Assembly: GCA_002373535.1 (NCBI GenBank)
Contig: DFKL01000076.1
Coordinates: 1-31,336 of the forward strand
From: Prevotellaceae bacterium UBA3646
GTDB taxonomy: Bacteria; Bacteroidota; Bacteroidia; Bacteroidales; Bacteroidaceae
Length of the DNA: 31,336 nt
Direction: 5' to 3'
The notes below the pieces were generated by a model, which searched no databases, was not told the origin of the DNA, and saw nothing but the letters and a program-made list of their open reading frames with translations. Positions 1-11,737 of the stretch are shown here, piece after piece; the stretch's first letter is position 1, and each line of letters starts with the position of its first letter. Both the position numbers and the translations under genes were made by a program.

Positions 1-1774
<1,774 letters not shown>

Positions 1775-1831
1775 GCATTATAATTTAATTTGCCTTGCCG
1801 CGGCATCAATGGAGATTAATGTTTTTTTACG

Positions 1832-1862
1832 AAAAAAGCAACCATCTGTCATGATGGTTGCT
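1832..1862 (-). terminator. Intrinsic terminator downstream of rpsT
   Basis: Perfect 10-bp stem AGCAACCATC / GATGGTTGCT with a 6-nt loop, followed on the minus strand by a T run. Confidence 0.8.
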
Positions 1863-1890
1863 ATATTCTTTTGCCTGTAAGCAGATAGGG

Positions 1891-2145
1891 CTATCCCAGT
1901 TTGCTTATATACTTGGCCAGTTTGCTCTTCAGGTTGGCAGCCTTGTTCTTGTGTATGATATTGACTTTTGCCAGCTTGTCCAGGGCTTTCTGGATGTTAG
2001 GGTACATCTCTGTTGCAACGGCCTTGTCTGTAGTGGCACGCAACTTGCGCACTGCATTACGCATGGTTTTTGCGTAATATCTGTTGTGCAGTCTCTTCTT
2101 CTGTTCCTGACGAATTCTCTTCAGGGATGATTTGTGGTTTGCCAT
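1891..2145 (-). CDS. rpsT: 30S ribosomal protein S20
   Basis: [13 protein letters not shown]...[19 protein letters not shown]...[22 protein letters not shown] is a typical S20 sequence. Confidence 0.97.
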   Translation of the reverse strand: MANHKSSLKRIRQEQKKRLHNRYYAKTMRNAVRKLRATTDKAVATEMYPNIQKALDKLAKVNIIHKNKAANLKSKLAKYISKLG

Positions 2146-2223
2146 TTGTTTGTTTTGTTTAATTTGTTAGTCGGAGTCTGATGTGGTATGGCTAAAATGA
2201 CCTCGCACCTCTCTCCTGTTTCG

Positions 2224-2295
2224 TAGTCCCTAGGGGAGTCGAACCCCTCTTTAGAGAATGAAAATCTCTTGTCCTAACCGATAGACGAAGGGACC
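2224..2295 (-). tRNA. tRNA-Glu (anticodon TTC)
   Basis: GGTCCCTTCGTCTATCGGTTAGGACAAGAGATTTTCATTCTCTAAAGAGGGGTTCGACTCCCCTAGGGACTA folds as a cloverleaf: acceptor GGTCCCT/AGGGACT, anticodon arm AGAGA-TTTTCAT-TCTCT, T-arm AGGGG-TTCGACT-CCCCT. CCA is not encoded. Confidence 0.96.
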
Positions 2296-2351
2296 TTACC
2301 TTCGGCTTTTATTGCCAGTGCATAAAGGACTTTCGTCCAAATTTGCGGTTG

Positions 2352-2382
2352 CAAAGGTACATTGATTATGCGAAATGACAAA
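2352..2382 (-). promoter_or_regulatory. Bacteroidetes promoter for tRNA-Glu / rpsT
   Basis: Minus strand TTTG (2382-2379), 19 nt, TACCTTTG (2359-2352): exact consensus and spacing, about 56 nt upstream of the tRNA. Confidence 0.8.
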
Positions 2383-2454
2383 ATATTTTACTGAAAAAAT
2401 ACTGTTAGTAAAGTAAAATAATATGTTTGGCATGGCATAAGAGCCATAAAAGAG

Positions 2455-2462
2455 TAATTTTG
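2455..2462 (+). promoter_or_regulatory. Putative -7 promoter box for recO
   Basis: TAATTTTG matches TAnnTTTG, 36 nt upstream of the GTG start. No correctly spaced -33 TTTG. Confidence 0.45.
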
Positions 2463-2498
2463 TATCTTGTTGAATGACAGCAATAGCATAAGTGGCAG

Positions 2499-3221
2499 GT
2501 GGAGACGACGAAGGCAATAGTTTTGAACTGTATCAGATATGGAGACAACAGTGTCGTTGTTTCGTTCTTCTCAGAAAAGTTCGGCACGATTTCCTCTCTG
2601 GTCAGGATGCCAAGGACAAGAAGGAATGACGCCCGCTACTCATTGTTGCAGAGACTCTCTGTCGTAGAGGTTGGGCTCGATTATCGGGAATCACGTGAGA
2701 TGCAGGGCATCAGGAACATTTCATCATTTCATACCTGGAAGAGCATACCATACCATCCGCTTAAGGTATCCGTAGCAATGTTTCTTGCAGAATTCCTTTA
2801 TAATGCTTTGAGGTCCGAAAGCCAGAACGCCAGGTTATTTGATTTTCTCGAGAAATCGTTGATATGGTTTGACGAGACCGACAATGGAATATCCGGCTTT
2901 CATCTGATCCTTCCGCTGAAACTTACGTTGTTTTTAGGTATTAGGCCAAATATTGAGGGGTATAAGAGAGGGATGTTCTTTGACATGCAGAGCGGAGTGT
3001 GCGTGGATGTGCCTCCGTTACATAAGTATGTACTCACTAGGGAAGAGGCTGCTTTCTTGCCGCTCCTGCTCAATACGGACTACGGACAGATACATACGCT
3101 GGCTCTTACCAGGGAACAACGTTGGCACATACTGAAGATAATAATTGTATATTATCGACTGCATGTGCCAGGTTTTTCTCCCTTGCGAAGCGCAGATATA
3201 CTTCGTGAGGTATTTTCGTAG
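2499..3221 (+). CDS. recO: DNA repair protein RecO
   Basis: N-terminal OB-fold pattern TKAIVLNCIRYGDNSVVVSFFSEKFG, then HPLKVSVAMFLAEFLY and C-terminal YYRLHVPGFSPLRSADILREVF as in Bacteroidales RecO; 240 aa. Confidence 0.9.
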   Translation: METTKAIVLNCIRYGDNSVVVSFFSEKFGTISSLVRMPRTRRNDARYSLLQRLSVVEVGLDYRESREMQGIRNISSFHTWKSIPYHPLKVSVAMFLAEFLYNALRSESQNARLFDFLEKSLIWFDETDNGISGFHLILPLKLTLFLGIRPNIEGYKRGMFFDMQSGVCVDVPPLHKYVLTREEAAFLPLLLNTDYGQIHTLALTREQRWHILKIIIVYYRLHVPGFSPLRSADILREVFS

Positions 3222-3245
3222 GTTTCGGGACCTTGCTTCTTCTAT

Positions 3246-4502
3246 TTATGCATCTCCGGACAGGAGCTTCAGGTCTTCCTTGCTTCTCAGGCAGGCAGGC
3301 GTTGCATCGACGCGAGATATTATATCATCATCATCCATGCTGTCTGCTGTATAGATAAAGATGTTGTGCTTTTGATGCCTGATTATGGTATTGCCACCTT
3401 TACCATATAGTTTTTCATAGAATTCCTTTAGGCGTTCCTCTTTTTCGGCCTCTTCTTCCGTAAGCGTTTTTTTCTGCTCTATTTTATGGTCGCTCATACC
3501 ATTTATGCTCTGTATGCCGAAACCAGTTGCAAGCAATGTAATCTTTACTTTGTTTCCCAGAGACGAATCGGTAGCCAGACCCCATTTCGTTTCAACGTCT
3601 TTGCGGAATTTGATCAGGAATTCGTGGACTTCGTTCATCTCCTCCATCATCAGGGATTCATTTTCCTTGTCGGCACAGAAGTTTATGTTTAGCAGGATCT
3701 TTTTGGAATTGAAGATGTCATTGTGGTTTAGCAGGGGAGAGTTGAGAGCCTCTGTTATTGCCTTTGTTACACGGTTGTCCCCTTCTCCATATCCCGTACT
3801 CATGATAGCGACGCCTCCGTCCTTGAGTACTGTCTTTACATCCTGGAAATCGAGGTTGATAATGCCGTGCATGGTAATTATTTCGGCAATGCTCTTGGCT
3901 GCCGTAGACAGGGTGTCGTCTGCACGGGCAAATGCATTGATGACCGTCAGCTCTGGGTATATTTCGCGAAGTCGCTCATTGTTTATGACGAGCAGGGCGT
4001 CTACGTGTTTTGATATTTCCTCGACACCGTCCAGTGCCTGTTTTATTTTCGGCATGCCTTCAAAGAGGAAAGGAATGGTCACGATGCCCACTGTCAGGAT
4101 TCCTGCTTCCTTTGCACATTGTGCAATAATTGGAGCGGCACCAGTGCCTGTACCTCCACCCATTCCTGCAGTGATGAAGACCATGCGTGTACCGTCGTTT
4201 AGCATCTCCTTGATGGCATCCATGCTTTCATTTGCAGCTTCGCGGGCCTTTTCGGGGCGGTTTCCTGCTCCAAGTCCGTCCTTGCCCAACTGAAGATGAT
4301 TGGGAACGGCGCTGTCATCCAGTGCTTTCTTGTCAGTATTGCATACTACGTACGAAACATCATGTATGCCTTCGCGATACATGTGGTTTACGGCATTTCC
4401 TCCACCTCCGCCTACACCGATGACTTTTATTATACAGTTGTTTGTTTTGGGGAGATTTACTATTGGCAGTCCCTCAAAATCCATATCTTGCTGAAAATCC
4501 AT
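3246..4502 (-). CDS. ftsZ: Cell division protein FtsZ
   Basis: IKVIGVGGGGGNAVNHM, tubulin signature AGMGGGTGTGAAP, GIINLDFQDV. Confidence 0.98.
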   Translation of the reverse strand: MDFQQDMDFEGLPIVNLPKTNNCIIKVIGVGGGGGNAVNHMYREGIHDVSYVVCNTDKKALDDSAVPNHLQLGKDGLGAGNRPEKAREAANESMDAIKEMLNDGTRMVFITAGMGGGTGTGAAPIIAQCAKEAGILTVGIVTIPFLFEGMPKIKQALDGVEEISKHVDALLVINNERLREIYPELTVINAFARADDTLSTAAKSIAEIITMHGIINLDFQDVKTVLKDGGVAIMSTGYGEGDNRVTKAITEALNSPLLNHNDIFNSKKILLNINFCADKENESLMMEEMNEVHEFLIKFRKDVETKWGLATDSSLGNKVKITLLATGFGIQSINGMSDHKIEQKKTLTEEEAEKEERLKEFYEKLYGKGGNTIIRHQKHNIFIYTADSMDDDDIISRVDATPACLRSKEDLKLLSGDA

Positions 4503-4522
4503 AATCTTGTCGTGTTAAAGTG

Positions 4523-5815
4523 TTAGTCTTCCTGGTTTAGTGCGTCCTGTATGATTTTCCAGAAGTTCTTCTTGGCCGGTTTGGGATTATTGTCTTCAGG
4601 CTCTTTGTCGATGGGCGTATCTGGAACGACAGGTGGCTTTACTTCCGTTGGTTCTTCATTATTGGTGTTGCTGACACAGTTTTGGTCGCCATGCATCAAT
4701 AGTGCAATGACTGTGTTCATGCATCCGTTGTCGGCAATGTGTATACCCGGAGCGGTACTTATATCCGATGGAAGCTTTGCTATGCGTACGATTTTGTCTG
4801 TATGGGAGAATTCATGGAAGGCCTCCTGCAAGGCACGTATCTGTGATGCACCTCCCGTGAACACTATTCCGGAAACAAACTTTTCGTTGTGTGCCTTTAG
4901 CTGGCTCCACACATTGCTTAGGATTTCCTCGTATCTTGCCTGGATTATGTCGGATAGGATCTTGTCGTCTACGTTCCTTTCGTGCGAGATTGCAAATGTC
5001 TTTGTCTCCTCACCGCTGACGAAAGTCTTCCATGCGTATCCATGACGTAGTTTTAGTGCTTCTGCTTCCTCGTTTTCGACAGACAGGCAGGTAGCAATGT
5101 CTGTCGTGACATTGTTGCCACCCAAGGGAATTACACATAGCTTGCGTAGGATATTCTTAGTATATATGCTGACAGTTGATGTGTCGGCTCCGAGATCGAC
5201 AAGAGCACATCCCGAACGTTTTTCTGATGCATTGAGTAATGTGTCTGCAAGTGCCATGGGGGCAATTAGCAGCTCTGCAACGTCGTAGCCGGCAGAACGT
5301 ATGCATTTTTCGATGTTTTCCTGAAGAGAAGTGCGGGCTATGACGTTCATGAAACTTGCTTCCAGCATGTCTACCTGCATGCCTACTACATCAGTTTCCG
5401 TACGGGTCCCGACATGATATTCCTGTGGGACGACCTCAAGTATTTCCGAGTCAGTATATACTACACCACGGTTCGTGTCCATCAACTGGTCTATCATGTC
5501 GTTTGTGACTTGGGTCTTCTCTGTAAATGTACGCTGGACCTTGTTTTCTACAGAATGTAGAGACTGCCCTCCCAAACCGACATAGACACGACGTACGCTT
5601 TTTCCAAGCTGCAGCGATATCTGTCCCAGGACACGTGATATTGCCTGTGTGGTCTTGTCAATATTGTCCACCACACCCTTGCGGATGCAGTTGGATGCAT
5701 TTTCCTCGGCTATTGCCATGATTTGCATGGTTCCGTCAGCCATTCGCTGTCCTGCAATGGCACGAACTGCCGTTGTCGCAAGTTCCAATGCTACGATAAT
5801 GTCTTTGTCTGCCAT
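4523..5815 (-). CDS. ftsA: Cell division protein FtsA (probable start MADKD at 5815)
   Basis: Actin-like motifs LVDLGADTSTV, IPLGGNNVTTDI, EAEALKLRHG, IVFTGGASQI; lies between ftsQ and ftsZ. Confidence 0.94.
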   Translation of the reverse strand: MADKDIIVALELATTAVRAIAGQRMADGTMQIMAIAEENASNCIRKGVVDNIDKTTQAISRVLGQISLQLGKSVRRVYVGLGGQSLHSVENKVQRTFTEKTQVTNDMIDQLMDTNRGVVYTDSEILEVVPQEYHVGTRTETDVVGMQVDMLEASFMNVIARTSLQENIEKCIRSAGYDVAELLIAPMALADTLLNASEKRSGCALVDLGADTSTVSIYTKNILRKLCVIPLGGNNVTTDIATCLSVENEEAEALKLRHGYAWKTFVSGEETKTFAISHERNVDDKILSDIIQARYEEILSNVWSQLKAHNEKFVSGIVFTGGASQIRALQEAFHEFSHTDKIVRIAKLPSDISTAPGIHIADNGCMNTVIALLMHGDQNCVSNTNNEEPTEVKPPVVPDTPIDKEPEDNNPKPAKKNFWKIIQDALNQED

Positions 5816-5826
5816 AGTATATTGTT

Positions 5827-6561
5827 TCAGTTTATGTCTTTCTTTGTACACACTACCTGCCCTTTGAAGCTCAGGTCTATGAAGTCATATTTGTTCCATC
5901 CGGCCTTGTCCAGTCCCTCTTTTGTGAAAACCAGGTATTTTTCCATTTTCTCTTCAATATCCTTGGCTTCACCTATTCGGATATGATGTTCACCTGTTAA
6001 TGGTATCAGTTCGATGTGCTTTTCGTCTATTACGTTTACCTGCTGAATTTCGGTATCCCATGGTTTGTTGTTGTTTATGAACAATGCCAGCGGAAGTAGT
6101 TTGTCCTTTGCCAGTTTCTTGTTGATGTTCCCGGTAAACAGACACAGGTCCAGATTAAAGTTTCCTGCAGGCATTGCATGACCGTTGGCATCTACATAGT
6201 ATTCTGTGTCGTTAGTGATGACGTGCATTACCGGTTTACGTGGAACGACGCTGATACAAAGATTGTGCTTGGGTGTAAAATAGCATTGTACAGAGTCTAT
6301 ATATGCATTCTTGCATATAATGTTCTTTATCCTGTTAATGTCTATATTTGATATAGTCTGACCTTGTGGTGAGATATGCTGGCTTGCCAGGATGTCGGAT
6401 ACGAATTCCTTCTTGATCAAGCTGTTTCCATTATTGCCGTGTATGACTATGTCAACGCCGTTGCAGACATAGTCATCGTTCTTGCGGGACAATGAAATGA
6501 CGGCAAAGAGGAGATAACCGACGATGCTTGTCAATAATATTATTTTAAAGGCAGTTTTCAT
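5827..6561 (-). CDS. ftsQ: Cell division protein FtsQ/DivIB
   Basis: Single N-terminal TM segment, POTRA-like region, C-terminal YDFIDLSFKGQVVC; dcw position. Confidence 0.88.
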   Translation of the reverse strand: MKTAFKIILLTSIVGYLLFAVISLSRKNDDYVCNGVDIVIHGNNGNSLIKKEFVSDILASQHISPQGQTISNIDINRIKNIICKNAYIDSVQCYFTPKHNLCISVVPRKPVMHVITNDTEYYVDANGHAMPAGNFNLDLCLFTGNINKKLAKDKLLPLALFINNNKPWDTEIQQVNVIDEKHIELIPLTGEHHIRIGEAKDIEEKMEKYLVFTKEGLDKAGWNKYDFIDLSFKGQVVCTKKDIN

Positions 6562-6597
6562 ATAGGCTGTCTGTTTCTTTTGTCAGCTCCTGGATTG

Positions 6598-7953
6598 TCA
6601 GTTCAGTATGTTTGCTATTTCTCCGGAAAGATCTTCGATGTCGCCGGCTCCTAATGTTACCAGGACGTCGAAGTCTTTTTTACGGACCAAATCCAGTATT
6701 TTGTCTTTCGGGCATTTTTGCTTTTTGACGTTGCTTGCCAGATTATCATAGATCAAGTCTGACGTCACTCCGGGAATCGGTTCCTCGCGTGCGGGATATA
6801 TGTCTGTTATTACGACATCGTCCAGTTGTGAAAGGGCATCCGCAAATTCCATGTAGAAGTCACGCGTCCTGGAGTATAGGTGTGGTTGGAAAATCACACG
6901 TATACGGCGTCCTTCATATAGTTGCTTTATGCTTGCAAGGCTCTTTCTGATTTCTTCGGGGTGATGTGCATAGTCGGACAGATATACCATGTCATTACGT
7001 CGGACGCGGAAGTCAAAGCGGCGGTCGACCCCGCCAAAACTGAGCATCGCACGACGGATTTCTTCTTCTGTGGCACCGGCAATCTGCGCCAGTGCCATGG
7101 CACCGATGCCGTTGTCTATGTTTACGGTCACAGGCACTCCCAACTCGATATCCTTGATGTCTCCGAGAGGTGAGACGAGGTCGAAAGTTATCCTGCCGTT
7201 GCCGGTTTTTATATTTTCCGCATGGATATCACCGTCTTCAATTCCATATGTATATGTCGTTACACCTTTTTGAGTGTCTGGCTTCATTTTCAATCCTGTA
7301 TGTAGGATGAGAAAGCCGTTTGGGACAATCAGGCTGGAATATTTGCGGAATGACTCCAGATAGGCATCTTCTGTTCCATATATGTCAAGGTGATCGGCAT
7401 CCGTAGAGGTAATGACTGTTGCCCATGGCGTCAGCCAGTGAAACGACCGGTCAAACTCATCAGCCTCGATGACCACGTATTGACTTTTTTTGGAAAGGAT
7501 GTAGTTCGTGCCGTAATTCTTTGTTATTCCCCCCAGGAAGGCATTGCAGTCCACGTGGCTTTGATGTAGTATATGGGCAGCCATTGACGATGTCGTCGTC
7601 TTGCCATGCGTGCCGGCGACGCACAATCCTTTAAGTGAGCGCGTCAATGTTCCCAGGACCTGGGCACGTTTCTGTATGTCGAAGCCATTGTCGCGGAAAA
7701 ATGTCATCTCGGTGTGAGAGTCGGGAATGGCCGGAGTGTATATCACGAGGCACTCGTTTTTGTCTTTGCATGCCTTAGGTATCAGGCCGACATTGTCCTC
7801 GTAGTGTATCATGGCACCTTCTTTTTCCAAGGCATGTGTCAGTGTACTTGGTGTCTTGTCATATCCGCCTACGGTAACACCAATGTTCAGGAAATAGCGG
7901 GCTATGGCGCTCATTCCTATTCCTCCGATACCTACAAAATATACTGCTTTCAT
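6598..7953 (-). CDS. murC: UDP-N-acetylmuramate--L-alanine ligase
   Basis: YFVGIGGIGMSAIA, VAGTHGKTTTSSM, VIEADEFDRSF, DYAHHPEE, FQPHLYSRTRDF, DIYPAREEP. Confidence 0.97.
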   Translation of the reverse strand: MKAVYFVGIGGIGMSAIARYFLNIGVTVGGYDKTPSTLTHALEKEGAMIHYEDNVGLIPKACKDKNECLVIYTPAIPDSHTEMTFFRDNGFDIQKRAQVLGTLTRSLKGLCVAGTHGKTTTSSMAAHILHQSHVDCNAFLGGITKNYGTNYILSKKSQYVVIEADEFDRSFHWLTPWATVITSTDADHLDIYGTEDAYLESFRKYSSLIVPNGFLILHTGLKMKPDTQKGVTTYTYGIEDGDIHAENIKTGNGRITFDLVSPLGDIKDIELGVPVTVNIDNGIGAMALAQIAGATEEEIRRAMLSFGGVDRRFDFRVRRNDMVYLSDYAHHPEEIRKSLASIKQLYEGRRIRVIFQPHLYSRTRDFYMEFADALSQLDDVVITDIYPAREEPIPGVTSDLIYDNLASNVKKQKCPKDKILDLVRKKDFDVLVTLGAGDIEDLSGEIANILN

Positions 7954-7982
7954 TATAGTGTCATTTTATTCTTGTATGATTG

Positions 7983-9095
7983 CTATACCCCTTCGTCTGC
8001 CAGTTCCAGGACCTCCTTCGCAATTATGTGGGCAGAATCCGGAATTGCCATTTTTTTTGCATTTGCTCCCAAAGCAGACAGCTTGCATTCATTTGCGACG
8101 GTTTCCAATGCAGTAGGTATGAGTTTTTGTACGGCTTCCGCATCACGGACAATAATTGCCGCATCACGATTTACCAGAGCCATTGCGTTGTGTGTCTGGT
8201 GATCTTCGGAGACATTCGGACTGGGAACCAGGATGCTTGGCTTGCCGAGGAGACACAGTTCACTTATGCTGCTTGCACCTGCACGGCTTATGACCAGGTC
8301 GGCAATACGATATGCCTTGTCCATTTCTTTTATAAAGTCATATACGATCAGGTTCTGTGGCTTTCCCCTTTTGTCCAGTTCCTGTCTTATCATGTCTTTA
8401 TAGAAACTTCCCGTCTGCCAGATAAATTGTACATGCGAGGTCTCTATCTTGTCCAGGGACGACAGGACGCTCTCATTCAGCGTCTTTGCACCCAGGCTGC
8501 CGCCGATTATAAGTATAGTTGGCTTGTCCGTGTCAATCCCGAAAGTCTTTGCAGCTTCTTCGCGTGATATGTCGCTACACAGTTCCTGACGCACAGGATT
8601 GCCGGTTAGCATAATGTTTTCTTTAGGGAAGAAACGTTCCATTCCTTCGTATGCTACACATATTTTGCGCGCTTTTTTTGCCAGGGTTTTATTGGTAAGG
8701 CCAGCAAAGCTGTTCTGTTCCTGAATGAGACAGGGAATACCCATGTCATAGGCAGCATTTAGCGTAGCAGCACTTGCATATCCTCCAACTCCGACGGCAA
8801 CCTGTGGCTTGAACTCCATAATAGTGTTGCGTACCATTTTCTTGCTTCTAAGGAAGTCAATCAGCACACCGATGTTTCTTGGACTCCACAGAGGGCGTAT
8901 CAATCCGCGAACCGGAAGACCTTTTATGTCATATCCGGCAGCAGGGACACGCTGCATTTCCATGCGGCCGTCAGCCCCGATAAACAGTATTTTTGTATCA
9001 GGGCGTATTGCCTTGATGGCATTGGCTATGCTCACGGCAGGGAATATGTGCCCCCCGGTACCTCCGCCACTTATGATAACTCTTGTTTCCTTCAT
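7983..9095 (-). CDS. murG: Undecaprenyldiphospho-muramoylpentapeptide beta-N-acetylglucosaminyltransferase
   Basis: SGGGTGGHIFPA, GVGGYAS, IQEQNS, TGNPVR, GGSLGA, SRAGAS, EDHQTHNA. Confidence 0.97.
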   Translation of the reverse strand: MKETRVIISGGGTGGHIFPAVSIANAIKAIRPDTKILFIGADGRMEMQRVPAAGYDIKGLPVRGLIRPLWSPRNIGVLIDFLRSKKMVRNTIMEFKPQVAVGVGGYASAATLNAAYDMGIPCLIQEQNSFAGLTNKTLAKKARKICVAYEGMERFFPKENIMLTGNPVRQELCSDISREEAAKTFGIDTDKPTILIIGGSLGAKTLNESVLSSLDKIETSHVQFIWQTGSFYKDMIRQELDKRGKPQNLIVYDFIKEMDKAYRIADLVISRAGASSISELCLLGKPSILVPSPNVSEDHQTHNAMALVNRDAAIIVRDAEAVQKLIPTALETVANECKLSALGANAKKMAIPDSAHIIAKEVLELADEGV

Positions 9096-10330
9096 GATTC
9101 ATTCACTTTTCTCTCGGTATGCACGACCTCGGAATCCTCATCTATCTTTCTTGCCGAGCGGCTTACGCTTAACATAATTCCCATATATGCACAGTTCACG
9201 ATAGTACTGGTTCCACCACGGCTGATTAATGGAAGAGGCTGGCCCGTGACGGGCATGGCACCGACATCTACGGCCATGTTTACCATTGCCTGAGTAACCA
9301 TCATCAGTGCAAGTCCCATTATCAGGTAGGCAGGAAACAACGCTTTACACCTTTTGGCAATGATCATGGAGCGGTATAGTAGGAACATGTATAGAAACAT
9401 GACAGAAACGGCAGCAATTATTCCGCCTTCTTCGATTATTATGGCATAGATAAAGTCGTTGTCTGCATGAGGCAGATAGTCTCTTTCAACCGAATTTCCG
9501 GGCCCCTTGCCCAAAATACCGCAAGTTCCGATTGCAATCTGAGCGTGCGTAACCTGGATGTCTTCGGTAATATTAAAATCGCGTGGGTTGTCTGGTATGT
9601 CGCTCCCTTTCTTGATTCTGTTTGCCCAAGTCTGAACCCTGTGAAGGACAGGAACGTTGTCCTGGTGCCACTTCTCCATTACCGAATCAGGGATTGAATA
9701 TATAGCCACCATTCCGATTATGATACTGCCGCCTATAAGGGCGACAATGGATAACAGCCATTTCGTCGGTATTTGCGTGTAGAAGCCAATTGCGCATAGC
9801 ACCATGAATAGAATGCCTGCGGTACTTAGGTTTTCAGGCGCAATCAGAGCCAGTATCGTCAATGCGACGCAGGCAGCAAGCCTTACCCCGAATGTACTCA
9901 CTCCGTTTTTTGTCCGGAAAGTGCTGAAGACAAATGCCGAGAACATAATCATCCCTAATTTTGCGACCTCGCTGGGCTGAAATGTAAGCGGACCCAGTGG
10001 AATCCATCGTGCGGCACCGTTCTTCTGCCCTACGAAATAGGCTATAACCAATAGCACAAGAGAAATCAGGACGAGCACTAACCCGATTAGCTTGTATAGT
10101 TTACATGGCAATATATGCAGCACCCATGCGATGCATATACCAAAAAAGACGATGCTGGCATGCTTCATGACAGGAACCCAATATTCTCCGTTGGAATATG
10201 ACATGTTGCTGGATGCACTATAGACCTCTATGACCGAAATCATGCATAGTAAAAAGAATATCATCCACAAAGTAAGGTCACCTTGCAAAAATCCTTTCTC
10301 CCTGAAATTCTCTCTATTCCAATTTATCAT
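9092..10330 (-). CDS. ftsW: SEDS peptidoglycan polymerase FtsW
   Basis: Multi-TM protein with GAARW, FQPSEVAK, GKGPGNS, LPHADNDFIYAII, TGQPLPLISRGGTS; 4-nt overlap with murG. Confidence 0.94.
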   Translation of the reverse strand: MINWNRENFREKGFLQGDLTLWMIFFLLCMISVIEVYSASSNMSYSNGEYWVPVMKHASIVFFGICIAWVLHILPCKLYKLIGLVLVLISLVLLVIAYFVGQKNGAARWIPLGPLTFQPSEVAKLGMIMFSAFVFSTFRTKNGVSTFGVRLAACVALTILALIAPENLSTAGILFMVLCAIGFYTQIPTKWLLSIVALIGGSIIIGMVAIYSIPDSVMEKWHQDNVPVLHRVQTWANRIKKGSDIPDNPRDFNITEDIQVTHAQIAIGTCGILGKGPGNSVERDYLPHADNDFIYAIIIEEGGIIAAVSVMFLYMFLLYRSMIIAKRCKALFPAYLIMGLALMMVTQAMVNMAVDVGAMPVTGQPLPLISRGGTSTIVNCAYMGIMLSVSRSARKIDEDSEVVHTERKVNES

Positions 10331-10360
10331 TTTATTTTTGTCTTCAGCATTATTTTTTGT

Positions 10361-11695
10361 CTACAGAGCCTTTACCAAGGCTTTGAACTGTTCGCCACGA
10401 TCCTCCATGTTCTTGAAAAGGTCAAAACTTGCACAGCACGGACTCAGCAGGACGGTATATCCGGGTTTAGCCATTTTTACACATGCTGCGACACAATCCT
10501 TCATGCTATGTGTGTCAGCAGTAGGAATACCCATTTTGTCGAAGAAATTATGCAGTTTGGTGTTGTCTGCTCCCAGATACACGATTCCTGCACATTTCTG
10601 CTTTACCAGCTCACGTATGGCTTCGTAGTCATTACCCTTGTCTTTGCCGCCGATGATCAGGATCGTCGGCGTCTCCATGCTTTCAAGTGCATACCAGCAA
10701 GCATCGACATTGGTCGCCTTCGAGTCATTGATAAAGTGTACGCCACCTACGGTCGCAACCTTTTCGAGACGATGCTCGACACCTTCAAAGTCAGACAGGC
10801 TCTTCCGCAGGTTTTCGTCACTTACACCAGCTATACGGGCAGCTATGCCGGCAGCCAGGGAGTTATACATATTATGCTTACCATGCAGTGAAAGAGATTC
10901 CTGCTCCATGTTAAACGGAGTCGGTTGCTCAATCGTATACGTTCCGTCACATATATAGCCTATCATTCCTTTCTTGCTCAATATGGAAAAAGGACATTTT
11001 TTTGATTTTATGCCATACTTCTTCAGTTCCTTCTTTATGATAGGATCGTCAGCCCAATAGATAAAAGCATCTTCCTCTGTCTGGTTCCGGATAATACGCA
11101 TCTTGGAATCAGTATAGTTCTGCATGTTATTGTCGTATCTGTCCAGATGGTCAGGAGTTATATTCAGGAGGATTGCGATGTTTGCACGGAAATCGTACAT
11201 GTTATCCAACTGGAAGCTGCTAAGCTCGATTACATAGTGAGTATAGCTGCACCCTTCTGCTATCTGCAGAGCCAGTGAGCGTCCGATATTGCCAGCCAGT
11301 CCTACGTTGTACCCAGCTTCCTTGAATATATGATATATCAGGCTTGTCGTGGTTGTCTTGCCATTGCTGCCTGTGATACATATCATCTGGGCGTTAGTGT
11401 AACGGCCGGCAAACTCTATCTCGCTGATTATGGGAATACCGGCATCTGAGGCTTTTAGTACTATGGGGGCATTGTCAGGTATCCCCGGACTTTTTACTAT
11501 CTCATCCGCAGATACGATTTTCTCCTCCGTATGCTTGTTCTCTTCCCATTCAATTCCATATTTGTCAAGAATATCCTTGTACCCGGCCTTGATGTTTCCC
11601 ATATCGCTTACAAAGACCTCGAAGCCTTTTTTCAGGGCCAGTACGGCAGCGCCTACTCCGCTTTCTGCAGCACCGAGAATTACCATCCTCTTCAT
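10361..11695 (-). CDS. murD: UDP-N-acetylmuramoyl-L-alanine--D-glutamate ligase
   Basis: VKSPGIP, ITGSNGKTTT, GNIG, ELSSFQL, NITPDHLDRY, HRLE, NDSKATNV, GGKDKG, LSPCCASFDLFKN. Confidence 0.97.
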   Translation of the reverse strand: MKRMVILGAAESGVGAAVLALKKGFEVFVSDMGNIKAGYKDILDKYGIEWEENKHTEEKIVSADEIVKSPGIPDNAPIVLKASDAGIPIISEIEFAGRYTNAQMICITGSNGKTTTTSLIYHIFKEAGYNVGLAGNIGRSLALQIAEGCSYTHYVIELSSFQLDNMYDFRANIAILLNITPDHLDRYDNNMQNYTDSKMRIIRNQTEEDAFIYWADDPIIKKELKKYGIKSKKCPFSILSKKGMIGYICDGTYTIEQPTPFNMEQESLSLHGKHNMYNSLAAGIAARIAGVSDENLRKSLSDFEGVEHRLEKVATVGGVHFINDSKATNVDACWYALESMETPTILIIGGKDKGNDYEAIRELVKQKCAGIVYLGADNTKLHNFFDKMGIPTADTHSMKDCVAACVKMAKPGYTVLLSPCCASFDLFKNMEDRGEQFKALVKAL

Positions 11696-11737
11696 TATAT
11701 GTATAAATTATGAAGTACTATATTGTTATTTCTGTTC

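Noticed and set aside
2224-2295. tRNA-Glu as a possible integration site
   Set aside because: Flanked by rpsT and recO; no integrase and no duplicated tRNA 3' end found in the window.
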